Shown one piece after another: positions 20,582-29,498 of a stretch of DNA of 64,000 bases (positions within the stretch are counted from its first letter, which is position 1; each line of letters starts with the position of its first letter). Under the pieces are notes generated by a model, which saw only the letters and a program-made list of their open reading frames with translations, was not told the origin of the DNA and did no database searches. Both the position numbers and the translations under genes were made by a program. Source of the DNA: an uncultured delta proteobacterium (GTDB lineage: Bacteria > Desulfobacterota > Binatia > Binatales > Binataceae); the NCBI GenBank assembly GCA_963808235.1, contig CAWEEQ010000004.1:2528001-2592000 (forward strand), given 5' to 3'.

Positions 20582-21317
20582 AATACTCCGACTGGGCGCA
20601 TCGTCGACGCGGGTGATTTGCGCGGCGGCGGGCGCGATTGTTCTGGCCGTGCTCGCCGCGGGATGCACCAGTGCGCAGCCGTCGTACTACTCGACGCAGC
20701 TCGACACGACCGGCGGCCTTGGACCGGGCGATCCGGTGACGCATGCGTCATCGACGATCGGGCGGGTGACCGGGGTGTCGCCCATCGGCGATGGCGATTC
20801 GGAGGTCTCGCTCGAAATCGAGGGATCGCACGCGGACGAGATTCACAACGATTCGATAATGGTGCTGAACAATCTCGGCACAACGCCGTCGCTCGACGTG
20901 ATGAACGTTGACGCGATGAGCCGCAGCGCGCCGTCCGGCACCCGGCTTGACGGCGCGTCGAGCATGAACGAGACGCAACTACTGATGACGGCGCGCGGCC
21001 CAGGAAGCTTTGCGCAGGCACTGGGAAATGCGACCAGCACGAGCAGCACGCCACCGTCGCCCGAAGCCGCGCAGATGACGAATCTTCTCGCCCAAATTTC
21101 GCGACAGACGATTGCCAATGCCGTGGCAGTCGCGCCGCCGACGCAAGAGCAAATTGAAGAAGAGAAGCGCGAAGCGGCGAGCGTCGAGCGGCAACTCATG
21201 CGCAATGGCAAAAGCGAGCAGGCCGAACGCCTGCGCACGCAGATGGGTGGCCTGATGACCGGAGTAACCGCGCCGGTCAATCCGAATACGCTGCCACCGA
21301 CTTCGCCAAATCCTTGA
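20574..21317 (+). CDS. MlaD/MCE-domain lipoprotein
   Basis: AAGC lipobox, TGGLGPGDPV......IGRV..V MCE signature. Confidence 0.75.
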   Translation: MRKILRLGASSTRVICAAAGAIVLAVLAAGCTSAQPSYYSTQLDTTGGLGPGDPVTHASSTIGRVTGVSPIGDGDSEVSLEIEGSHADEIHNDSIMVLNNLGTTPSLDVMNVDAMSRSAPSGTRLDGASSMNETQLLMTARGPGSFAQALGNATSTSSTPPSPEAAQMTNLLAQISRQTIANAVAVAPPTQEQIEEEKREAASVERQLMRNGKSEQAERLRTQMGGLMTGVTAPVNPNTLPPTSPNP

Positions 21318-21592
21318 TCTGAGGGCTATTTCGGTCCGTGCCGACCCCAACATCGAGTCGCGATGCTAGGCAATCGTATGCTATGTATAGCCATGTTCAA
21401 GTTCCATGGCTTGTGTGTTGATTTGAGTTAGCGTAGATTCTCTCAAGCTAAGTAACCCAGCTAATGGTCGCTATAGCTTTTTGTGGAGAAATCTGTACTT
21501 ACTGTAAGTGGCTCGAATGCTACAAAAAGTTAAAGCGATGGGGACGCCTCCGAGGGGTCCGCTTGGCGAAGAACTAGAGCGAGGACGCTAAC

Positions 21593-21877
21593 ATGAGCAT
21601 CGTCATAGTACAGACGCCTGGAACTCCCGGTGGGCCGTGCCGCGGGTCCTGTGACCACCCCAAGTGCCATTCGCTGCGCGCGATCGCCGACGAACGATGC
21701 CATCATTGCGGCGGCCGCCTTGGATTCGGCACGAGGATTACCGGAGACCCGGCGATGCATCTGCGTTGCGCGCAGACCATCGCCGCGCGAGCCGGGGCAC
21801 CTGCCGCGACTCATCCGATAAACGAGCCGAGTGCGGGTGACAATCACTCCACGGGACATCACGGCGACAAGCAGTAG
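21593..21877 (+). CDS. small Cys/His-rich protein, putative zinc finger
   Basis: GAGG RBS, AT-rich upstream region; CRGSCDHPKC...CHHCG...HLRC. Confidence 0.65.
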   Translation: MSIVIVQTPGTPGGPCRGSCDHPKCHSLRAIADERCHHCGGRLGFGTRITGDPAMHLRCAQTIAARAGAPAATHPINEPSAGDNHSTGHHGDKQ

Positions 21878-21984
21878 CGTCGAGCATTTTCCGTTTCGGT
21901 TTCCTGCCAGACGCGTCACTTCGGCGCGTGCCTGACTCCCGCTTGACACCTTAGTCACCGGCGCGGTACCGCTCGTTCGTCACG

Positions 21985-23443
21985 GTGCTGAGGGAGATTC
22001 AAGCTGTGGACGGTGAAACACTGGCGCGCGTGCGCACGCTGCGCGACCGCCTCGATCATCCAGTGATCGACGCAGACGGTCACTTGGTCGAACCGGCTCC
22101 GCTCTTCAACGAATATCTTCGCAAAGTCGGCGGACGCGACATGCTCGAGCGCTACAACCGCGAGCTGCGCGAAAATCCGACCGGCTCGCGCGGAAATCGC
22201 GACGCGGGCGATATGCGCGGTGCGTGGTGGGGCGTGGTCAACGATGCGTACGATCTCGCGACGGTGATGGCGCCGCGGCTGCTCTACAGCCGGATGAACG
22301 AGCTCGGCGTTGATTTTTCGATTCTGTATCCGACCCTCGGACTCGCGCTGCCGACGATCCAGGATGCGGACGTACGGCGCGCGGCGTGCCGGGCGCTGAA
22401 CACGATGAACGCCGAGATCTGCGGGCAGTTTCGCGACCGGATGGCTCCGGCGGCTGCGATCCCGATGCACACGCCGGACGAAGCGATCGCGGAACTCGAG
22501 CATGCAGCGCAACTCGGCTTGCGGGTTGCGATGATTCCGCCGGGAGTGGCGCGGCCAATCCCGGCGCTCGAACGCGAGCATGCGAGCGCGTTTCCGTATG
22601 CGGCGTACTTCGACAACTACGGCCTCGACAGCTTTTTCGATTACGATCCGTTGTGGCGCAAATTCATCGAGCTCAAAATCGCCGTCACCTCGCACGGCGG
22701 CGTGGGTCTGCGTTATCTCCCGCTCGGGCGGCGCTCGCCGGCAAACTACATGTTTAACCATATCGGCGGGCACGCCTATCAGCAGGGCGAGCTGTGCCGC
22801 TCGCTCGTGATGGGCGGGGTGCCCGCGCGATTCCCCGAGCTCGGGTTCGGCTTTCCTGGAATGTGGCGCCGGATGGGCGTGCGATTTGCTCCATTCGCTG
22901 GAAGAGCATTGGGAAAAGCGCAATCTTGCCGGCCTCGCGAATTACGATCCGTCGCGGCTCGATCGTCCGCGGCTGCATCAACTGCTCACCGAGTACGGCG
23001 GCGCTCAGTTCGTCGCGAAGGATTCGGCGCGCGCCGAACGAGCTTACGATGAAGGTGTCGGACGCCACGATCGGGCCGCGGATCGCGACGAGTGGGCGCA
23101 GGCCGGCGTGCGCGAGGAGCACGACTTCGTGCGCATTTTCAGCAACTTCTACTTCGGCTGCGAAGCCGACGACTTGAGCGTCCATCGCGCGCTCGACGCT
23201 CGCGGCAACCCGATGCGCGCACGCCTGCAGCCGATTTTTTCCTCCGACATCGGCCATTGGGACGTGCCTGATATCTCCGCCGTCCTGCTCGAGAGCCATC
23301 GCCTTGTCGACAAAGGCATCTTGACCGACACCGACTACCGCGACTTCGTATTCACCTACCCCGCGCGGCTCCATCTGAAGGCGAATCCGGAATTCTTCGC
23401 GGGCACCGCGATCGCGGACTCGATCGTTGGACTGGATACATAG
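21985..23443 (+). CDS. amidohydrolase family protein, extra T at 22852-22854
   Basis: IDADGH, LYPTLG, FNHIG. Removing one T gives FGFLECGAGW and joins ORF 22886..23443 (FGCEADD, SDIGHWD). Confidence 0.9.
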
Positions 23444-24211
23444 GTGCTGTCGATCGAGCAGAAGCGCGACTGGGACGAAAAAGGATTCTTCATCATCCGT
23501 GGCTTCGCACCGAGAGCTGTATGCCGCGCTATGCACGATCGCGTCGTCGAGATGTGCCGTCTGAATGCGGCCGGTGAGATTGTCCCCAACGTTCTGGTGT
23601 TGCCGGAGAAGAAGCCCAACACGCTAGCGAAGAATCCCGAGGACAACATCGGCAAAGTTTTCCGGCTCCATCGCGACCCGCTGTTCAAGAAGCACGTCGA
23701 GGATCCGGCGGTGATCGAGATTGTAAGCGACCTGATCGGCCCGCAACTCGATTGTTTCCTGAGTCAGTTCATCTTCAAAAACCACGGCGCGATGGGCCAG
23801 CCGTGGCATCAGGATTCCTACTACTTTGCTTTCGATACCCGGCCGCAAGTCGGCATCTGGCTCGCAATCACCGAGGCGACGCTGGACAACGGATGCCTTC
23901 ACGTGATGCCGGGTTCGCATCGCGAGCCGGTGCACCAGCACGTGCCCGACCGGCGTCCGGACGCGCAGTACGGCTACACAGAGATCGTCGACTACGACAT
24001 GTCGAAGTCGGTGCCGGTGCTGATGCAGCCGGGAGACCTGCTCGTGTTTCACAGCCACCTGATGCATCGCTCGACCGACAACGAGTCGAGTGGCATTCGC
24101 GCCGCGATGGTCTGGCACTACACCAAGTCCGGGACGATCGATCGGACGTTAGAGAAGTTCGGCCGCCAGAACCCGGTGCACGACTTCATGAAAATTGACC
24201 GTACAGCCTAG
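23444..24211 (+). CDS. phytanoyl-CoA dioxygenase family (Fe/2OG)
   Basis: PWHQD, W.A....LDNGCL...PGSH, GD...FHS...HRS..N.S...R. Confidence 0.93.
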   Translation: MLSIEQKRDWDEKGFFIIRGFAPRAVCRAMHDRVVEMCRLNAAGEIVPNVLVLPEKKPNTLAKNPEDNIGKVFRLHRDPLFKKHVEDPAVIEIVSDLIGPQLDCFLSQFIFKNHGAMGQPWHQDSYYFAFDTRPQVGIWLAITEATLDNGCLHVMPGSHREPVHQHVPDRRPDAQYGYTEIVDYDMSKSVPVLMQPGDLLVFHSHLMHRSTDNESSGIRAAMVWHYTKSGTIDRTLEKFGRQNPVHDFMKIDRTA

Positions 24212-24240
24212 ACCACGGCTCTTGGAGATCTGGATAGTCG

Positions 24241-24561
24241 CTAGGTGCGCGCGGCTTTAACCTCGAAGCGCACGCCCTCGCGGTGCTGGAGGAAACTGAC
24301 GATCTCGAAGAGATTGTCGGCGCGTGGGTTGCCCGTCGGTCCCAGCATTCTCATCAGGCTTTTGGAAGATATGCATGTGCCTTTGGCGAGGTCGCCGAAG
24401 CCCAGGGTCGCGTTGATGTAATCGCGCAGGATGGTCTTGCCCGTGGCTACATCGCCGGCGAGCATCGCTTCGACTCCTTCACGGAGAAGTGCTCTTCGGA
24501 ATTTCGGATCGCGTTCGACGCGCGCGCGAATGGTTTCCTTGAAATCGCGAGTGAGCGGCAT
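24241..24561 (-). CDS. addiction-module antitoxin (HTH, HI1420-like)
   Basis: MPLTRDFKET...LRDYINAT.GF..LA...KSLMRML.P.GNP.A.NLF; downstream of the toxin. Confidence 0.88.
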   Translation of the reverse strand: MPLTRDFKETIRARVERDPKFRRALLREGVEAMLAGDVATGKTILRDYINATLGFGDLAKGTCISSKSLMRMLGPTGNPRADNLFEIVSFLQHREGVRFEVKAART

Positions 24562-24573
24562 GGCTTAAATCTC

Positions 24574-24892
24574 CTACTTCCTTCGTTTGTAATCTTGCCA
24601 ATTGGCAAACGCGGCGCTGATGTCACGCTGCTGGCGCTTCTTCGTGCCGCCGCCCAACAGAATGACCAGCCTTTCGCCATCCTTGCCAAAATAGATCCGG
24701 TATCCGGGACCGTAGTCGAGCTTGTATTCGAGAACTCCGGAACCAACGCTCTCGACGTTCGAGAAATTCCCAAGCGAGATCCTGGTAGCGGCCGTCGCAA
24801 CCTTCGCGGCTGCCTCGGCCATTCAGGCTGTCGAACCATGCCGCATACGGGCTGCGGCCCGTCGGGTCGAGATATTCTCGAACGTCGATCAT
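24574..24892 (-). CDS. RelE/ParE-superfamily toxin (HI1419-like), extra base at about 24819-24820
   Basis: MIDVREYLDPTGRSPYAAWFDSLN + AEAAAKV...GNFSNV.SVG.GV.E.K.DYGPGYRIYFG......ILL.GG.K..Q.RDI. Confidence 0.88.
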
Positions 24893-24897
24893 TCGTT

Positions 24898-24919
24898 ATG
24901 GTAACATATTAGTTACCAT
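24898..24919. promoter_or_regulatory. perfect inverted repeat ATGGTAAC-N6-GTTACCAT, probable toxin-antitoxin operator
   Basis: 8-bp perfect IR 5 nt upstream of the toxin ATG. Confidence 0.7.
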
Positions 24920-24954
24920 TGTCAAGGAGCGAATCGGCGGTGCGCCTAAAAGCT

Positions 24955-25584
24955 TCAACTGAGCGAGGCGATCAATTTCTCGAGGGCGGGAGGCAGGTCG
25001 GCGAGGGTGGGGATTCGGTGGTGATGGTCGACGCGGCGGCCTACGGCGATGAAATGGGTGCCGGCGCTTTCTGCGGCCAGGCGATCGATTTTGCTGTCGC
25101 CGACGTAGACTGCGCGCGATGCGTCGACGTTCGCGCGTTGCAGGCATAGTTGGAGGATGTCCGGGGCGGGTTTGGGACGTACTTTGTCGAGTGCGCTTGC
25201 GACTGCATCGAAAACTCCGGACAGACCAAGATGCTCGATTAGCGCAGGCACGGTGGCGGATCGATTTGTCGCCAGCGCGAGTTTGTAGCGCCGCTTGAAG
25301 TCGAGCATGAACGGGCGCAATTCGAAGGGTGGCCGCAGCATCCTGAAAAACGGAGTTTGATCCATACCGCGGGTGAGATCCTGCATCTTGCGGAGCATCG
25401 CCGCATCGCCACGGGCGCGCGCCGCGAAAACTTCGCTCGCGGCGTAAGAGATCGCCGAAATCTCCTCGTTGCGATCGAGCGGCGCCAAGCCCAGTTGCGC
25501 AAAGATCCAGTTGTAGTAGGCGACGTTCGATTCATCGGAATCGAACAGCACGCCATCCGCGTCGAACATGACGAGTTCAATCAT
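24955..25584 (-). CDS. HAD-family hydrolase
   Basis: FDADGVLFDS, ATNR, KPAPD, YVGDS..D. Confidence 0.93.
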   Translation of the reverse strand: MIELVMFDADGVLFDSDESNVAYYNWIFAQLGLAPLDRNEEISAISYAASEVFAARARGDAAMLRKMQDLTRGMDQTPFFRMLRPPFELRPFMLDFKRRYKLALATNRSATVPALIEHLGLSGVFDAVASALDKVRPKPAPDILQLCLQRANVDASRAVYVGDSKIDRLAAESAGTHFIAVGRRVDHHHRIPTLADLPPALEKLIASLS

Positions 25585-25652
25585 TTTGAAGGTAATATTG
25601 TGCGCGACCTGCGCGACGCGCGCCAGACGACGGGCGAATCGATGCGAATTAG

Positions 25653-26153
25653 TCAGCGCGAGGCACGGGTGCGATCATTGCGCTCGGACCGCCGCGCGTG
25701 CGGGCGCCTCGGGGGGCGCGGAATTGCGATCATCTCGCGCGCCACGACTCGCGCGCCGCAATGCGAGCAGACCATATCCATCGAGGTTTTCGCTCCGCAA
25801 GTGCGATGAATCAAGGTCATCGGAGGGCCCGATTCGTCGCTGAGCCAGGTGTCGCCCCAGCGCATCATTGCAATCAGTACGGGGTAGAGCTCGAACCCTT
25901 TTTTGGTCAGCCGGTACTCGATGCGCGCGTTGTCGCCGTCGCTGCGCACTCGATCCATGATTCCATCGCGTACCAGGTCGCGCAGACGCGAGCTAAGTAT
26001 GTTGCGTGCGATTCCGGTACCCTGCTGAAATTCGTCGAAGCGATGGCGTCCGAGAAACGCTTCGCGCAGCAGCAGCATCGTCCATCGCTCGCCGACTACT
26101 GACAGCGTGCGCGCGACCGAGCAGTTCATCGATTTGACCGAATCCCATCGCAT
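25653..26153 (-). CDS. HxlR-family winged-helix transcription regulator
   Basis: CSVARTL.VVGERWT.LLLRE...RFDEF...GIARNIL..RL..LV, EY.LT.KG. Confidence 0.93.
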   Translation of the reverse strand: MRWDSVKSMNCSVARTLSVVGERWTMLLLREAFLGRHRFDEFQQGTGIARNILSSRLRDLVRDGIMDRVRSDGDNARIEYRLTKKGFELYPVLIAMMRWGDTWLSDESGPPMTLIHRTCGAKTSMDMVCSHCGARVVAREMIAIPRPPRRPHARRSERNDRTRASR

Positions 26154-26236
26154 CGGCGTCTGGCATCCCCCGAGCCTGAAATTTCACACCTCGCCCGGCA
26201 TTTCCCCAAAGGCCGGACGCGGCTAGACGCTTTTAT

Positions 26237-26253
26237 AGTTGCACTTTGAAACT
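26237..26253. promoter_or_regulatory. palindromic site AGTTGCA-CTT-TGAAACT upstream of HxlR gene
   Basis: One of four matches to AGTTGCA-N3-TGCAACT in 26.2-27.9 kb. Confidence 0.55.
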
Positions 26254-26327
26254 TGGTTTTCCAGCCGCCCCGATACGAACATATGCGAACAGATGCGATA
26301 CGGCGGATTGATCTTCCGTTTCAGGAT

Positions 26328-26528
26328 TTAGCTGGAGCGTTCGCGCACGACAGGGCGCCGAACGAGCATCACGAACGCAAGCAAATTCAGGCGGGGGCGC
26401 GGCGCGGGCGGAATGGGATGGAGTGCCAGGAACAGATCGCGACGATAGGTTTCGACCTGTCGCCTGATTCGGTCGAAGCTCTGCGACATCTCCGCACGGA
26501 CGGCGACAATATCCGGTTCCACATTCAC
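26328..26528 (-). CDS. hypothetical small protein
   Basis: 66-aa ORF after an AT-rich region; no recognisable motif. Confidence 0.3.
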   Translation of the reverse strand: MNVEPDIVAVRAEMSQSFDRIRRQVETYRRDLFLALHPIPPAPRPRLNLLAFVMLVRRPVVRERSS

Positions 26529-26678
26529 CCAGTTTAGAATTTTATCGAAAAGAGGCTACTCAGGCTAATTATTTTGCTTTCAAGCTAATTCGTTTTGCCT
26601 TCTCTAAAGAACAGTAATCTCATCTACACGCGTGTGCCGGCGTATCGCGACACACGGTAAAGCTTCCTGAAGACTTGA

Positions 26679-26695
26679 AGTTGCAAAATGCAACC
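26679..26695. promoter_or_regulatory. palindromic site AGTTGCA-AAA-TGCAACC upstream of quinone oxidoreductase
   Basis: Same motif, about 80 nt before ATG 26774. Confidence 0.55.
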
Positions 26696-26773
26696 GACGG
26701 TGGGAGTATCCGCGAGGACGTCAACACCCGTCGCGGGAGGTCGTGCGATGGCGCGACGTGAGAGGTCGAGCAT

Positions 26774-27742
26774 ATGAAGGCAATCGTATTTGAAAAAATT
26801 GGCGGACCCGAGGTGATGAAAATCGCGGAGGTTCCGAAGCCCGAAGTGAAACCAGGCATGGTGCTGATCAAGGTCCGCGCGGCCGGAATCAACTTTGCCG
26901 ATACACTGTTCCGGCAGGGGCAGTATGTGATGCGTCCGAAGTTTCCCGACACGCCCGGGCTTGAAGGCGCAGGCGAGATCGAAGCGGTTGGGGCGGGCGT
27001 GACGAATCTACGGCCGGGCCAGCGGGTGGCGGCGATGGGCAGCAAGATGTACGCGGAGTACGCGCTCGCGCCGGCGGCGCAGGCGATTCCGATCCCTGAG
27101 TCGCTGAACTTCGAGCAGGGCGCTGCATTCCCCGTCCAGGTGCTGACCGCATGGCACATGCTGCACACCTCGCACAAAACGGAACCCGGCCAGACCGTGT
27201 TGGTGCATTCCGCGGCAGGCGGAGTCGGCCTGGTGGCGGTTCAGATCGCAAAAGCGGCAGGTGCCCGCGTGATCGGCACCGTCTCGAACGACAACAAGCT
27301 TGGACTGGTCAAAGAGTACGGCGCTGACGACGTGATCAACTACGCAACGCATGATTTTGCGGCAGAAGCGAATCGTCTGACCAGCGGACGCGGAGTCGAT
27401 CTGATCCTGGACGCGGTCGGCGCGACCACGATGGAAAAAGGACTGAGCTGTCTCGCTCCGTTCGGCCACTTGATCCTATACGGACGCTCGGGCGGTGCAC
27501 CGGAACCGCTGAACCTGTTCCGGCTGTTCGAAAAATCGCTCAAGGTAAGCGGCTTCGTGCTCTATACCGTGGCAGCGGTGCCCGACGCGATGCGCCGTGG
27601 AATCGAGGAATCGCTCCGTCTGATCGCGGAGAAGAAGTTAAGAATCGTGGTGGGCAAGGCGTTCCCGCTCGCGCAGGCCACCGAGGCTCATCGGTTGATG
27701 GAATCGCGACAATCGACCGGCAAGCTGGTGCTGGTTCCGTAA
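26774..27742 (+). CDS. NADPH:quinone oxidoreductase (MDR/zeta-crystallin family)
   Basis: GGPEV, AAGINFAD...R.G.Y, PGLE.AG, HSAAGGVG, STGKLVL. Confidence 0.94.
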   Translation: MKAIVFEKIGGPEVMKIAEVPKPEVKPGMVLIKVRAAGINFADTLFRQGQYVMRPKFPDTPGLEGAGEIEAVGAGVTNLRPGQRVAAMGSKMYAEYALAPAAQAIPIPESLNFEQGAAFPVQVLTAWHMLHTSHKTEPGQTVLVHSAAGGVGLVAVQIAKAAGARVIGTVSNDNKLGLVKEYGADDVINYATHDFAAEANRLTSGRGVDLILDAVGATTMEKGLSCLAPFGHLILYGRSGGAPEPLNLFRLFEKSLKVSGFVLYTVAAVPDAMRRGIEESLRLIAEKKLRIVVGKAFPLAQATEAHRLMESRQSTGKLVLVP

Positions 27743-27816
27743 ACGATCGCGCAGCGGCGCTGGAATCACTGCTCTCGATTCGCCGATCCGCGTTTCTGAC
27801 TCCGCAAATCCAGGCG

Positions 27817-27851
27817 AGTAGCAATTTGCAAGTTCGTAGCAATTTGCAACT
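27817..27851. promoter_or_regulatory. tandem pair of palindromic sites (GTAGCAATTTGCAA x2, 18-bp period)
   Basis: AGTAGCA-ATT-TGCAAGT at 27817 and CGTAGCA-ATT-TGCAACT at 27835. Confidence 0.6.
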
Positions 27852-28109
27852 GATTTTTTTCGGCCGCGTTCACTCGAGAATGCATTTCGCTTTGAGCATC
27901 AATTCGTAAGCTTCAGCACGCTTTTTAGCACGATCATCGTCGTCATGGCGGTTGTTTGAGTGCTGATTGACGGCGCCGCGATCCGCTTCCTGCGAATTGT
28001 CTTCGCATCGCGCGCGACTATTTGACAACGATCTCCCGAGATAATTTCGTCACGCGATGATGGCATCCGAGTTGCTTCGTCTTTCGCATTTTTCCGAAAG
28101 GAGGAGTTC

Positions 28110-29432
28110 ATGGAACCTCTCAGCAAGCATGTTCGGAGCGCGCGTGAGTGGCGAGCGACCAGCCGGATGGCATTCGCTGCGCTGGCGGCATTGACGTTCG
28201 TCGCGATCGCCGCAGTGGCTCGCGCCGCGGTCACGCCGGGCGATGTGATCACACCGGCGAACGCATCGAAGGTAAAGGATCTCGTTTCGCCGGGCGTCTA
28301 CTACAAAGTTTCGAACGGGATGTCGATGAAGATCATCCCGAGCGGACAGATCGACTGGCCTCCACCCTACAAAGAAGCGACCGAGAAGTACTCCGCGCAG
28401 GTGCGCCTCACTCACGACAACCGCAGCCTGGTCGGTTACGTAGCCGGGCAACCGTTCCCGCTCATCGACACCAACGATCCGCAGATAGCCACGAAGATCA
28501 TGTGGAACAATGTCTTCCGCCCCATCACGACCGACGACTACGATCTTCGTTTTTACGATTGCGACAGTGTGTACGGCGGACAGAACAAGCCCAACGATGT
28601 GATCCAGTATTATCAGATCGGGCACTACGCCGGTTATGACCTGGTCGGACGGGTCGAAGTTGAACCGATGCCGGTTGATCCCGACTTCAAGAAGACCAAC
28701 CGCCTGTGGGTGTTTGGCCTCTATCCGGTCCTATCGCCGCAGGCCGAACGCGGCAACGGACTGATTCGCTTTCGCTATGAGCAGCCCGATCGCGGCGACG
28801 ACGACTGGAGCTGGAACGCGGGCGCGCGCAGGATTCGTCGCCTCAACGAGGCACTGGAGAGCACGGCGACCAGCGCGCAAACCTGGAACCCGGATCATTA
28901 CTCCGGCTTCAACGCCAAGACCGAGGAATACAATTACAAGTTTCTCGGCGAGCGCGAGATGCTCGCAGTCACACACGCGGAGCATTCGCCCGAGTTGAGA
29001 TGCGCAACCGATGGCGGCGCCAGCGCATGCCCCGAGGCGTGGGAGATGCGCCATATGTACATCGTCGAGGCCACTCCGCGCCGCGAGCTCATCTCGCAAG
29101 CGCTGCAGGGCAAGACGCTGGTCTACATGGACTCCGAGATGTGGTTCGAGCCGTATATCGATGAGTACGATCAAAAGGGCCAGCTCTGGCTGAATCACAT
29201 TTGGTGGACTGCTTATCGCGATCGCCCAGTGCCTGACGCGCGCGTCGCGATTTATCCGTTCAAGCGCGAGTTCGAAGTCGGGGCGGTTTCGACTGACGTG
29301 CAGAGTGGTTTCGCCACGATGTGCTACCTGCCCGGCCTGCAGACCCCTGAGCGCGAGTGCTGGTACATCAACATGGGCGCGGTGGACAAGAGCTTCTTCA
29401 CGACCGACGCGATGGTCAAGGCGGCACCGTAG
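28110..29432 (+). CDS. DUF1329-family periplasmic protein
   Basis: AGGAGG RBS, signal peptide, PGDVIT..N, Y.AG.PFP.ID.NDP...KIMWN, RRIRR, YD.KG.LW. Confidence 0.85.
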   Translation: MEPLSKHVRSAREWRATSRMAFAALAALTFVAIAAVARAAVTPGDVITPANASKVKDLVSPGVYYKVSNGMSMKIIPSGQIDWPPPYKEATEKYSAQVRLTHDNRSLVGYVAGQPFPLIDTNDPQIATKIMWNNVFRPITTDDYDLRFYDCDSVYGGQNKPNDVIQYYQIGHYAGYDLVGRVEVEPMPVDPDFKKTNRLWVFGLYPVLSPQAERGNGLIRFRYEQPDRGDDDWSWNAGARRIRRLNEALESTATSAQTWNPDHYSGFNAKTEEYNYKFLGEREMLAVTHAEHSPELRCATDGGASACPEAWEMRHMYIVEATPRRELISQALQGKTLVYMDSEMWFEPYIDEYDQKGQLWLNHIWWTAYRDRPVPDARVAIYPFKREFEVGAVSTDVQSGFATMCYLPGLQTPERECWYINMGAVDKSFFTTDAMVKAAP

Positions 29433-29498
29433 GGTGCGCTCGAAACTAACCTGGCTGGTTAACGGGAGGGGCCTCGTGCCCGTCCCGAAAGGATTTCG

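Noticed and set aside
26253-26537. Plus-strand 94-aa ORF and a possible SOS box (CGAACATATGCGAAC near 26276)
   Set aside because: No motif or RBS for the ORF; the sequence is a short direct repeat, not the CGAAC-N4-GTTCG palindrome.
27817-27851. Direct repeat as a CRISPR remnant
   Set aside because: Only two 14-bp units with a 4-nt gap and no cas genes; fits an operator motif.
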